Position numbers and translations under genes: made by a program. From Scyliorhinus canicula (taxonomy: Eukaryota): 64,000 bases of DNA. The first letter of the stretch is position 1. Each line of letters begins with the position of its first letter. Shown here in pieces: positions 38,901 through 51,329 of this stretch. The notes under the pieces were generated by a model. That model saw only the letters and a list, made by a program, of their open reading frames with translations. It was not told the DNA's origin and did not search any database. Location of the stretch: contig NC_052146.1 in NCBI RefSeq assembly GCF_902713615.1, forward strand, positions 309,892,335 through 309,956,334, written 5' to 3'.

Positions 38901-38924
38901 GTAAAAATAAAATACTTAAGCACC

Positions 38925-39250
38925 AACCTGATTCCCAAGCTGCACTGCGGCTCCCTCTCTCTCTCCCACTCCCAGAAATGAAGGCCGCTGGAACCTGGGG
39001 ATATGTTTAAGAACCTGTCTGATTCCCAAGCTGCACTCCGGCTCCCTCTCTCTCTCCCGCTCCTGGAAATGAAGGCCACTGGAACCTGGGGATAAGTTTA
39101 AGAACCTGTCTGATTCCCAAGCTGCACTCTGGCTCCCTCTCTCTCTCCCACTCCCAGAAATGAAGGCCACTGGAACCTGGGGATATGTTTAAGAACCTGC
39201 CTGATTCCCAAGCTGCACTCCGGCTCCCTCTCTCTCCTGCTCCTGGAAAA
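38925..39250. repeat. 91-bp tandem repeat (about 3.5 copies) at the CR1 5' end
   Basis: ATTCCCAAGCTGCACT recurs at 38931, 39022, 39113 and 39204. Confidence 0.9.
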
Positions 39251-39779
39251 TCTAATTTCACTGTCCTCAAGACTTCAGGAAGCAAAGTACTGTACACATC
39301 AACAGGGCCCAGGTGGAGATGGTTAGCAGTTTCAAATTCCTTGGGGTGCACATCTCTAAATTAAAGCATAATTTCACTACTTTTCAATCCTATCCCTTGA
39401 GGAATAAAACGGTGTTTGCTTTGCTTTTATGATGACCTTATTGACCTGTGCCATTGCCGTCAGTCATTTGTCTATTTATTCTCCCAGATCCTGCCACATC
39501 TATTTCCAAGTAATGTGATCTTATTTTACTTCATTGTTGGATTGAACAATCATAGAGAGGGTCCTTTCAAATATTCGCGAAAATATACTGGAAAATAAAA
39601 TGATTCTTGAAAATGATTGAATTTGTAGAAATATGATTAAGTTGTAAAATTGGCTAAACTTTGGAATCCTGTCCATGACTGTCTCAAATGTTGTTAAAGA
39701 TGTCAGTGTAAGAAAGCCACATAAGGGTACATTCAATGGTTTTGAAACAATCTTGTAACTGAGACCAGACGTGACTCAG

Positions 39780-42700
39780 GGGGTTTGAACGTGGGACAAG
39801 AGCCATGGGAAAGTTAATAAATTTGGAGTAATTGATTAATGTCTAATTAACTAATCACCTGTTAAGTGACTGACACTTTCCTGAATAAATCAAGGGGGTC
39901 TCAACTGAGAATTAGAACCAATAAAACTAAGTCAGGGGCTAAACCCAGATAAGGATTCCCTTTAGATTGTGATCCATTTGACTGATTAGTGAGAAGAAAT
40001 TTAGCCTTCCGAGATCCTGGAAGCATTCGTGAAAATTTCTTTTCAAAAGGCCTTTTGTTGAAATGACTTCTATTTTGTAAATCTGGAGTCATTAATATTT
40101 TGAAGTTTTCTGCTTTCACTCTTCAATGTCTCGATGACATTTCAAGGTACTGTCAAGTTCGTTGGTTTAACTTTGTGCAAATGGACCAAGTGAATTCTTA
40201 AAGAAATAAAGAGTGCTTTGTAAACCTATTCAAGCGGACTGAGTGACTTATCCAAAAACAGAAGGTATTTGGCAGCCTCACAGTCAAAGCGGTATAAAAC
40301 TGGGATAGTAGAAGCAATTGCTGGGGAAGGGGACATGAGGATCACTCCAGCCCAATATGATCAACATACAGTCCATAAACCTGCTGACCCAGATAGAATT
40401 GACCGGTGGTCCAAAGAATTGCCCAATCCAAAGAAAGGAGGAATGGTAACATGGCAGGAGCTCGAGACAGATTTACAACCTCCACCCACTAGATGGAGCT
40501 CAAGTTCTGACTGTAATAACCCTGAAACGAGAGGTTGACCAACTTTTTAGAGAGGTCAAAAGAGCATATGGGGAGGGGGTGCAGCAAATAAAGGATAGCT
40601 GGCTTGTAATTAAACAATGGCTATTACGATATAACCCACCAAGAAATAATTGGACTAAAATTACTGCTTGTCTGTAAAAGAAATTGGAAGATTTATCAGA
40701 ATATGAACAAAGATTCAGGAAAGTGTGTGCAGAACACTCAGGAATGATGTTGCCAGGGGAACTGGAGGCGTGGGATAACAATATTCTTGAACTGTTAATG
40801 TCTACATTCCTTGACCCACAGACCACAATCAGTGAGAATGAACAACAACACCCCCTCCACAATAGTTCTCAATACCAGGGCCCCACAGGGCTGCGTACTT
40901 AGCCCCCTACTCTACTCCCTGTACACACACGACTGTGTGGCAAAATTTGGTTCCAACTCCATCGACAAGTTTGCTGACGATACGAACCTAGTGGGCCGGA
41001 TCTCGAATAACGACGAGTCAGAATACAGGAAGGAGATAGAGAACCTAGTGGAGTGGTGCAGCGACAACAATCTCTCTCTCAATGCCAGCAAAACTAAAGA
41101 GCTGGTCATTGACTTCAGGAAGCAAAGTACTGTACACACCCCTGTCAGCATCAACGGGACCAAGGTGGAGATGGTTAGCATTTTCAAATTCCTAGGTGTG
41201 CACATCTCCAAAAATCTGACCTGGTCCACCCACGTCGACATCTACCACCAAGAAAGCACAACAGCGCCTATACGTCCTCAGGCAACTAAGAAAATTCTAC
41301 ATTTCCCATTAACTAGATAGATAGATAGAATAGATAGAACAGTGCAGCACAGAACAGGCCCTTCGGCCCTTGATGTTGTGCCGAGCAATGATCACCCTAC
41401 CCAAACCCATGTATCCACCCCATACCCTTAACCCAACAACCCCCCCCCAACTTACCTTTTAGGACACTACGGGCAATTTAGCATGGCCAATCCACCTAAC
41501 CCACACATCATTGGACTGTGGGAGGAAACCGGATCACCCGGAGGAAACCCACGCACACACGGGGAGGACGTGCAGACTCCGCACACACAGTGACCCAGCC
41601 GGGAACCGAACCTGGGACCCTGGAGCTGTGAAGCATTTATGCTAACCACTATGCTACCGTGCTGCCCAACTCTTACCAAGTTTTACAGATGCACCATAGA
41701 GAGCATCCTATCTGGCTGCATCACAGCCTGGTATGGCAACTGCTCGGCCCAGGGCCGCAAGAAACTTCAGAGAATCGTGAACACAGCCCAGTCCACCACA
41801 CAAACCTGCCTCCCATCCATTGACTCTATCTACACCTTCTGCTGCCGGGGGAAAGCGGGCAGCATAATCAAAGACCCCCTCCCACCCGGCTAACACTCTT
41901 CAAACTTCTTCCATCGGGCAGGTGATACAGAAGTCTGAAAACACGCACAAACAGACTCAAAAACAGCTTCTTCCCCGCTGTTACCAGACTCCTAAAAGAC
42001 CCTCTTACGGATCGAGCTCATTAACACTACACCCCTGTATGCTTCATCCGATGCCGGTGCTTATGTAGTTACATTGTATACCTTGTGTTGCCCTATTATG
42101 TATTTTCTTTTATTCCCTTTCCTTTCCATACACTTAATGATCTGTTGAGCTGCTCGCAGAAAAATACTTTTCACTGTTCCTCGGTACACGTGACAATAAA
42201 CAAATCCAATCCAATCCTTGCTGGTTTAAAAATAGATGTGTCCAATGCAGTGAAACTAGTGCTTCCTGGTTGGGATCGAGGGGTAACAACGTGCACGGCA
42301 TTAGAAACTCGATATGTTCAAAGATTCTAAAATCCGTGTTTATCAAACAGAGGCGCAAGCTAAAGGAGCAGCAGTTAAATCAGTAAATAATGCCATGTAC
42401 AATTCAAATGCTTCTCCAGAATCAAAAATTGCAATGGGGAAAATGTTGCTTTTGTGGAAGGGAAGGTCACTGGGCTCGGTCATGCCGAGCTGGATTACAA
42501 AAAGGGCAAGGACAGTCTGTGCCTTTAAGTTCTGCTCCCGTTCCCAATTCCACACCTACATATTAGCCACAATTTCCACCATCCCAGTCTAATTCTTCCT
42601 CAGCTGATTGGGAGGGATTTAAGAGATTATCACCAAATGCACTGTTGGAGTTGAAAATATATAAAGGGAAATAAATTGGAGCACAGCGTTAACTATTTCA

Positions 42701-44520
42701 GCAGGTAATTAATTGATTGATATATTACGTGTTAAATTATTCGATATAAGGTTTACGTGTTGATTGATAGGAACTCAATGACGGCAGTTAAAAGTAGGAA
42801 TGATTAACTGAACTTCATGGGCAAATGAATGCGTGGGTGTTGTAGTCATGTTACCGTTAAGGTTTATATGGATGTGTGTGAATGATGTTTTGCTGGGTCT
42901 TTTCAAGTGCTGGATTGATCTTGAGTTAAAACTTCTTGTCAGGTTCAAAAAAGAATTATTCCTGACACAACTGACACAAGAAGAAAGACAGGAAAAGTCT
43001 GAGATCGGAGTGTAAAGTGGCGATTGTTAAAATAAACGGTTTCCCCTGAGAGGTGGTGATGTCATGACGTCCAGTTGAAAACTTTTACTCCGCCCCTTTT
43101 TCAAACGAGCAGAGAATTAACCCTTGCCTGTTAACAGCTGAAGATGTATTTATATTTTTACAGGAATTGTGAATTGTAAGTTTGAATTGTCAGATATGTT
43201 CCGATTAATTAACCCATTTTGCAGAATGGAGTTTTGTGTTTTACTTTACAGCATTGAAATGAAATGAAAATCGCTTATTGTCACGAGTAGGCTTCAATGA
43301 AGTTACTGTGAAAAGCCCCCAGTCGCCACATTCCGGCGCCTGTCCGGGGAGGCTGGTACGGGAATCGAACCGTGCTGCTGGCCTGCTTGGTCTGCTTTAA
43401 AAGCCAGCGATTTAGCCTGGTGAGCTAAACCAGCCCCTGCTGGTTTACCCACATTGCAAGTGGAACAAGATTTGCAGTTAGCTGGTGTCCATGGACATAA
43501 GGACAAAGCCTTTTGAAGAAGAAGAGATTCCACCACTTAAGACAAAGAAGAGATGAACTGGACATTAATAAAAACTCTGAAAGCCAGTAACATTGTTGTT
43601 TGAATTTGGGACAATTCTGGGGTAGAAAGGCAATGAAATTTAGCAAGCTGCGGTAAAAAAAAAGATGTAATTTGAGACACAGAACAAATAATCAAAATAT
43701 TACTGCCTGGAATCAAAGAGAAATGTTTGATTTCTGTTTTAAGCATAAAGATATGTTATAGGATTGCGCAATTTCTCCAGGGCTCATTGTTGGGATTGGA
43801 TTGAGTAATTGAGGGTAAACAATTGAGACAGGAAATGTAAACAGGAAATGGGAATTGGAATATCGGGAGCAATTCAACGGAATATTTCAATCTGGCATCA
43901 ATACGAAGGGGAAAGTCTGGAGGAGGCTGGTAAATTGATGAACTTTCTCTTGGTAATGTTTGTGTCCTTGTCTATGCTTTTATTGAACAGAACAAAGTTT
44001 GATACTCTGGCCACCACCCAAGGCATCGAGACAACACATGGAGAGATAAGCAACAACTTTGAGATCTTTTGATAAGTTCACGAAAGATTCAAGAATGTGT
44101 GATATGACAATGGGGGCACTGCGTGCGTGTGCAGATGAATTACATGTGAAGTGACTAATCAGCAGGCTGGCCATTATGCACTAAAGAGCAGGTCCCATGC
44201 GTACACACTACTTGACAAACAGCATGGCTGGAAATGGCCAATGGGGGTAAACAGAGTAAAACAACATCATTAAGTGATGAAGACACAGACTCCATAGAGA
44301 AACTGACTTTAAAATAATTGTTATAGAATCAAACACACTGGTACCTGCCGAAATGAGCACAATTGAAGTGACAGGGTAAATTATTTGGATAAGAACAAGT
44401 AAGGGCTTGGTAGCAAGTAAACCTGTTGAGGAAGATCCACAAGATGGATACAGGCAATTTGGAGAGCTGGAGAATATTTTAAGTCCCTGCATGATGTTAT
44501 TTTGAATGATATTTGAGTGA
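39780..44520 (+). mobile_element. Degraded endogenous retrovirus-like remnant (gag-like and possibly env-like), interrupted by Rex1-type and SINE insertions
   Basis: ELPNPKKGG..TW.EL / YNLHPLDGAQVL / WTKITACL*KKLEDLSEYEQRF..EHSG resemble the capsid and major homology region of fish ERV Gag. The env-like assignment (43900-44500) is weak. Confidence 0.45.
40815..42216 (+). mobile_element. Rex1/Babar-type non-LTR retrotransposon 3' half, split by a SINE
   Basis: NTRAPQGCVLSPLLYSLYTHDC, KFADDT, LSLNASKTKELVIDFRK, IESILSGCITAWYG; AATAAA followed by an (AATCC)n tail. Confidence 0.85.
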
Positions 44521-45209
44521 GATGATTTGCAAATGGGGAGTGTCAGAGAGAAAGGGATATCAATCCAATGATTCAGAGATCACATTCAAGTTAAAATAGA
44601 TTATGGGATCAGTTGGAATTTAACAAAAGTTATGGGAAGAGAAAACTGGAATTGAAAACAAAAACAAAGTGAATTCTCTCCCTGTTCAGATCACCCCACT
44701 CAATGGCCAGTGAAAGAAAGTGACCAAGAATAATGAAGAGATAAGGGGTGGAAGAGTAAGGTCTCACCCTGTGAAAACTGCAGCTGTATTATATGTTACT
44801 CACAAGTTTAAATTACATTTAGTTTAGTTTAGTTAACACATAATCCATGTGTGACAACTCAATATGATTTTCTGGTCAATTTCAGATCAATAGCTCATTC
44901 CATGACCCGGTCTTAGCATCACAATCACCAGGGGCCTGAAACCAATTTGAAAACATTTCCACCCATTTGAATCTTATTAACCCCCCACCCCATGTGACCC
45001 CCTCCTCAGTAAATATTCATACCTTGCTGACGTCAGGGCAACGGGTTTTACAACAGATTTGGCCAGATGAGAAGCAGTTGAGGGGATCCCTCTGGGAGTG
45101 CAGAGCGGGGGGGGGGGGGGGGGGGGGGGGAGGGGGTTGGAGGTAAATGCCCTTGCCCCCTGGTAGGATACAGTACCAGGTGCAGACCCTAGTTGGAGTC
45201 CCATGGGGA

Positions 45210-45772
45210 GGTGTATTAATGTGTAGTGGGGGCAGGGGAGAGTGGAGTGGGAGGGAGGGGGAAAGAGTGCCTGTGGTTGGTCAGTCTGGTTGGAAAGGTG
45301 AACAAACCAATTGAAACAGTTTCTGAAGAGATGGAGCCAGAGTTTCTGCGTGAGTCTGACAGGAGTTAGATTTTACCTTTAAAATACTGTCAAGGCATCG
45401 GTTTCTCAAACAATATCTCTGTAGAGATGTTTTCCTGAATGCCAGTAGCTACTTAATGGTGCACTGAGAGTTGAGGTGGTTTTTTTTCTTGTTGTTTGAG
45501 TGGGAGTAATGATAGCAGTTAAGGGCATTGTTTACACTGTAATGAGTAGCATGGTTTCAGGAGTAATTGTAAGTCATTTTCTGGTGGGATGTTAAAGATA
45601 TTTGAATCCTCTGTTCGTAATAAAGTTTATTTTAATATTCCACATCCCCATTTCTTTGCAGAATCACTCCTGGAGCGAGGAATCCTTCCCTCACAGTCTT
45701 CAAATTAAAATCAAACATTGGGGTTTCTGTCCTGTATCCCAGACACTGTTGGGGTCTATTCGGGATCGTAAT
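45210..45772 (+). mobile_element. LTR-like remnant
   Basis: AATAAA and an end resembling the 7096 LTR end (GGGATCGTAATA); no TSD confirmed. Confidence 0.35.
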
Positions 45773-46559
45773 ACCGTATAAAAGGAAAAACAACTCTGTT
45801 CGTTCATCTAACCCAGTGCTTCAACTGGAAATAAACGACAAAAAGGATGGAGCGAATGAGAGCAGAATATGAAGAAAGGGAGAATGGGCGCACACCCTCA
45901 CGGACACTATACCAGGGACAGGATTGGGTGTTCTGCGGAAAGCCTTGTAGAAATAAATCTGTCACAGTGGAACCTTTATATTTAAGATCAGGGTCCCCAT
46001 ATTTTTTGGAATGAGTATGACTGAGCTTGAAGTGTACAAGTTAGAAAGGCCATTGGAATACTCTCCATAATAATTTTGTACCAATTCTGGACAGAAGGTG
46101 AGTTGTCGTTGATCCAAGAACATAAAGGGCCGGATTCTCCGGTCCCCCAGCCGTGTGTTTCCCGGTGGCACGCCGTTCGCTGGCGGCGAGATTCTCTCTT
46201 CCCGTCGCTTGTCAATGGGATTGGCCATTGCAGCCACCCCACCCCACTGGGAAACCAATAGATGGGGGGGGGGGGGGGGGGGGGTGTAGGGGCGCCTGCT
46301 CCCGGAAAAGAGAGTCCCACCGGCCAGAGAATTCCGGCCAGAATATTTTTCCGTGCTATCCTCTCCCAAAACCGTTGCCGAATCCAGCGTCATTCTGAAA
46401 TGCAAAGGAAACCCTCCTCATCTTTCCTCCATTGCCGACTCTGCCCTTACATCCCTCTCCTGTGGGCCTCGTGAAAAGTATTTTTCTGCGAGCAGCTCAA
46501 ACACATTATTTAGTCCATGAAAAGAGAATACGTGACAGGTCAACACAAGGTACACAATG

Positions 46560-47545
46560 TAGTGTTAGAATGATGTTTTAAGAGGTTATTATGGTTATAT
46601 AAGATGTAAGAAGAGGATCTGTGTGAGAGAGCTCGCAGAGAGTCGCCATGCTCCGGCGCAATGAAGACGTTTATTTATAAGAACAGACATTTACAGGGGG
46701 TACTGTTACACCTCACCGGGTCCTCTCTCTGTGTCGGTCAGTTATTGTCTGGCCGACCTTTTATACAACAGGGTTATCAGCCCCGTAGTTAGCGGGGGAA
46801 CCATCTGAAGGGACCGAACTACAAAATCCAAGTCAGAGATCCTGACATCAGGAGTCTCGGTATAACAAGAAAAAGGAGAATGTTGTCCGGCGCCGGCCCC
46901 CTCTCCATCCATCAACAACTAGAATGGACAAGTCTTGGCAGCCTTGTCGGCCTCAGTGACCCTGACATCTGATCCGGTTTCATCACCGGTACCACCGGCC
47001 CCGCCCAGTTGCTAAAACAAAGTGGCTGAATTAAACGTCAGATCTCCAATCGCTGCAGTTGACCCTCGACCTTCCCAACAATAGCATGAGGGACCGGCCG
47101 AACCCTGAGAAAACAGGGCTGGGCCTGCGGATCCACTTGGATTTTCACCACGGCCCCCTTCATTCTCCCAAGGCCCAGCCTGAGAACATGCGGCACCACT
47201 GAGACAGCAGCACCTGTGTCCAACTCCATTTGGATGAAGTGTCCATTGATCGGCACAGGGATGTGAAGGGGGGCCAGCCTTGGTGCAGCCACACAGTTCA
47301 GCTGCATTTCCAACTTGTCTCCAGCTTCTTCAATACGGGGTTGCTCCCACCTGATCCCGGGTGGTCAGGGCGTTGTCCATCACGCTGCCGGCAGCCTCAG
47401 TGGCCTTGGCGGTCTCAGTGACCCTGACATCCACACTCCTCGCCGGGGGGAGGAGTTGGTACCTCCCGAATCTGGAGAGGGTGTGTGGTGTGGCTCAGGG
47501 TCTCTATAACTCAGATCCGCAGCATCGCGGCCGTCCATTCTAGCT
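46560..47545 (-). mobile_element. Rearranged Gypsy (Mag/K02A2.6-like) fragments
   Basis: INGHFIQMELDTGAAVSV (aspartic protease) and FLRVRPVPHA...KVEGQLQRLE (RT N-terminus); LTR-like segment with TGGCGAC near 46645. Confidence 0.7.
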
Positions 47546-47751
47546 GTTGTTGTTCCCAAGGGGAATAGAATTTGGTTTCAATGATTTTCAATAAATGTTT
47601 CCACCATTTACATTTTTGCAGCAAATGTGTCCCTCGCTGTGTGAACTCTTCATGTTAAACCAACTTAATGTGGGCAACTTGCACTCAGTGAATCATAAAC
47701 GTCACTGATCAAAATCCACCCAGAAAGGGAGCAGCCATTGGCTCATTGTCA

Positions 47752-47891
47752 TTGTTTCCTCTTTAACTTCATTCCCTCCTGTGTAAAAGGAGATTAAAGA
47801 AGCTTCTGTCGGCTGGGACACTTTGTGTTTCAATGTATTTACTGGACATGCAATAAACGGTGTGGATAAAGAGGATTGTTATTCTGTTGAG
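47752..47891 (+). promoter_or_regulatory. Proximal promoter/5' region of the plus-strand paralog
   Basis: Inverted homolog of 34930-35068. TTTCCTCTTT (AAAGAGGAAA on the minus strand) lies at 47755-47764. Confidence 0.45.
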
Positions 47892-47943
47892 ATGATCAGT
47901 AAAACTCTTTTTGTTGTGACTCTGTCACTCTGTGTTTCTGGGG
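47892..47943 (+). CDS. Leader exon of a paralogous receptor gene in head-to-head orientation
   Basis: ATG ATC AGT AAA ACT CTT TTT GTT GTG ACT CTG TCA CTC TGT GTT TCT GGG G|GTAAGT. It differs from 34878-34929 by one synonymous change. No downstream V exon was found before 64000. Confidence 0.75.
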
Positions 47944-48249
47944 GTAAGTACAAGTTTTAGTTTGGTGTGAAGAAGTTTAAGTTGTTATAAGCTTTGTGTT
48001 CCGGTGTCTCTGCACCTGTAACTTGTGTGAATTCTAGAGTTAGAACATTCAAACTGGACATGAGAGTTACAGCAGAATTTATCACCATATTGAGAATGTT
48101 TAGTGCACCAGTTGCACAGACTGGGAACACTGGTCGGAAAACTTGGTTTTCCCATTCTTCTCTGTTGTACATTTAATGTAACAATGGGTTTGAGTGACAG
48201 CCTGCACATTAAGTGGATGTATTTGGGGTGGTTGAATTAATCGGCACGT

Positions 48250-49165
48250 TAAGTGGGTGACACAAAGATTAGCCGGGGCATTAACAGTGAGTTTGAGCGA
48301 CTTGGGCTACAGGAAGATACAGACGGGATGGTCAAATAGGCAAAAAAGCAGCAGCTGGAATTCAACCCTGAAAAGTGTGAGGTGATTCCACTTTGGAAGG
48401 AGTAATGTGACAAAGAAATATGAAATGGATGGCCTGACACTGGGAAGTTCCGAGGAACAAAGGGACCTTGCCGTGTTTGTCCATAGATCTCTGAATGCTG
48501 AAGCGCAGGCTGATAGGGTGGGAAAAATCCATATGGGACACTTGCCTTTATCAATCGAGGCATCAATTAAAGAAGCAGGGAGGTCATGTTGGAGTTGTAC
48601 AGACCTTTGGTGAGGCCATAGCTGGAGTACTGTGTGTAATTCTAATCGCCACATTGCAGGAAGGATGATTGTACTGGAGGAGGTGCAGAGGAGATTCAAC
48701 AGGATATCGCCTGGGATGGAACGTTTAAGTTATGAAGAGAGGTTGGATAGGGTTGGGTTGCTTTCTCTGGAGCAGAGACGACTGGGGGTGACTTGATCGA
48801 GGTGGACAGGATTATGAGGGGCATGGACAGAGTGGATAGGGAGCTGCTGTTCCCCTTCGTTGAAGGGTCAGTTATGAGGAGATACAAGTTCAAGGTGAGG
48901 GGCAGGAGGTTTGGAGGGGATTTGAGGAAAAACCTCTCTACCCAGAGGGTGGTGACGGTCTGGAACGCACTGCCTGGGAGGGTGGTAGAGGCGGGTTGTC
49001 TCATATCCTTTAAAAAGTGCCTGGATGGGCACTTAGCACGTCATAACATTCAAGGCTATGGGCCAAGTGCTGGTAAATGGGATTAGGTCGGCAGGTCAGG
49101 TGTTTTTCATGTGTTGGTACAGACTCGATGGGCCAAAGGGCCTCTTCTGCACTGTGTGATTCTGT
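48250..49165 (+). mobile_element. CR1 3' half inserted in intron 1 of the plus-strand paralog
   Basis: CR1 C-terminal motifs and 3' UTR; absent from inverted copy A. Confidence 0.9.
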
Positions 49166-50329
49166 GAGTCTGTGCTTAGTTTCACTGCTGCTGTAGAATG
49201 TCAGCCTGTACTCTCACCAGATCTGTTTCACAGACAGAATATAGTGAGGAACATCCTCATCATCTCCCAATCTGCCGATCAAAGGGAAAGGCTCTCTGCC
49301 GGGAATGTGATTGTTTAATCTTCCAGAGTTCAGTCCTGCCTTCTCACAACAAGAAGTGCAAACCGGGCCAGAAAGGGGAAGCACCATTTTCTGCATCAAA
49401 GTGGAACCTCACTGTCCTTGTGATATTGTGATGATCCAAGGGTGATTGCAGAGTGTGGACCCTCCACAGTGTCCTGTAGAGATGGGGGTGGGAAAAATAT
49501 ATCTTCATTCTTATTGGGAGTTCTTTTCTGCCTGATTTAACAAGGCCAATTTTGTATGAGAAAAGCACGCGAGGGATTTAGTACAAATATTTTGCAAAAT
49601 CTCAGGAGAAACATCAGATTGAAATTATACCCCGTTCATCTTGAAATCCTGGAATGCTGAATCCAGTTTGAAACAATCAGACGGGGAGATCAGAGATACC
49701 GAAGGTTAGATTAGTTTCAGTGAAGAAAATATGAAAATCAGTTGAATTGTCAAATATATTTTGTGTGTTGTATTTTCCCCTGAAATCCAGTCTCAGTAAT
49801 GAGCAGTATATTCAGCAGCAACATCACTCTGTCCTGTTGGATCCGCTCTAGGTTCCAACAGCTCTTTAAATACATTCATAAAAAACACTCCAATTACAAA
49901 AGTAATATTCCAGCTTTCTACTTTCCCCAGTCCTTGTTGTGGAATTGTGGAGAATCTCGGTCTGTGATATTCTGCCTCTAATATACATTCTGCAAATTCA
50001 CAGAGTCACAGAGTTTTTACAGCACGGAAAGAGGCCCTTCAGCCCATCATCTCCGTGCTGTCCATCAAGCACCTATCTATTCTAACCCCATTCTCCAGCA
50101 CTTGATCCGTAGCCTTGTACGTTGCGGTGTTCCAAGTGTTCATCTGAATGGTTGCTCTTTCCTACATTAAAACAGTGACTACACTTCAAAAGAACATCAT
50201 TGGCTGGAAAGCACGTTGAGATGTCGAGTAGATGTGCAAAGTGCTGCATAAATACAAATCTTTCTTTCTTTTAGAACCAGATTATTGATGAATTCTGGCC
50301 CATTGCTCATTACTAATTCAAATGTGTCC

Positions 50330-50885
50330 TTAATGTACATAACTCTGGTGCGGCCGCTCCTGGAGTACTGCGTGCAGTTCTGGTCACCACATTATAGGAA
50401 GGATGTGGAAGCTTTGGAAAGGGTTCAGAGGAGATTCACTAGGATGTTGCCTGGTATGGAGGGAAGGTCTTACGAGGAAAGGCTCAGGGACTTGAGGTTG
50501 TTTTCGTTAGAGAGGAGAAGGCTGAGAGGTGACTTAATAGAGACATTTAAGATAGTCAGAGGGTTAGATAGGGTGGACAGTGAGAGTCTTTTTCCTCGGA
50601 TGGTGATGACCAACACGAGGGGACATAGCTTTAAATTGAGGGGTGATAGATATAGGACAGATGTCAGAGGCAGTTTCTTTACTCAGAGAGTAGTAGGGGT
50701 ATGGAACGCCCTGCCTGCAACAGTAGTAGACTCGCCAACTTTAAGGGCATTTAAGTGGTCACTGGATAGACACATGGGTGAAAATGGAATAGTGTAGGTC
50801 AGATAGGCTTCAGATGGTTTCACAGGTCAGCGCAACATCGAGGGCCGAAGGGCCCGTACTGCGCTGTAATGTTCTATGTTCTATG
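50330..50885 (+). mobile_element. Young CR1 3' end (same subfamily as 23360-24075)
   Basis: Open 170-aa frame, (TGTTCTA)n tail. Confidence 0.9.
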
Positions 50886-51329
50886 TTAATGCGTCTGAAA
50901 CATATTCTGAACACTGTTCAACCCACAGAAACTGCAGGCCATGAGCTCACACATCTACACAGAATGTTGATACTGATGGTGATAAGAAGCTGTCATCAGC
51001 CTCAGGAAAGGCCCACACAGAGGGCTCAGGTCAGACAGGAATCGAGGGTGTTAAATATAGACAGCAGCAAACCACATCCTAGAAACCACAAAATCACCAG
51101 TTACACCAGAACCTCCTCCCAACAGCAAGTGTATTCCAGGCTGTAATGTCCAAGACGTTTTACTTCATTTTTCCCACTCTGTGGGAGGCACGGGAGCACA
51201 GTGGTTAGCACTGTTGCTTCATAGTGCCAGGTTCCCAGGTTCGATTCCAGGCTTGGGTCACTGTCTGTGTGGAGTCTGCAAGTTCTCCCCGTGTCTACTT
51301 AGGTTTCCTCTGGATGTTTCCTGTTTCCT

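Larger units (their letters stand above)
47752..49510 (+). repeat. Inverted segmental duplication, copy B (interrupted by a CR1)
   Basis: See copy A. A CR1 at about 48250-49165 occupies the place of copy A 33930-34490. Confidence 0.9.

Noticed and set aside
38925-39250. Tandem arrays (59, 91, 41 and 40 bp) as CRISPR-like arrays
   Set aside because: The units repeat head-to-tail without unique spacers, the context is eukaryotic, and there are no cas genes.
49799-49981. NITLSCW-containing ORF as the paralog's Ig exon
   Set aside because: It lacks the Trp, D-x-A-x-Y-Y-C and J motifs, and shows no similarity to D1 or D2.
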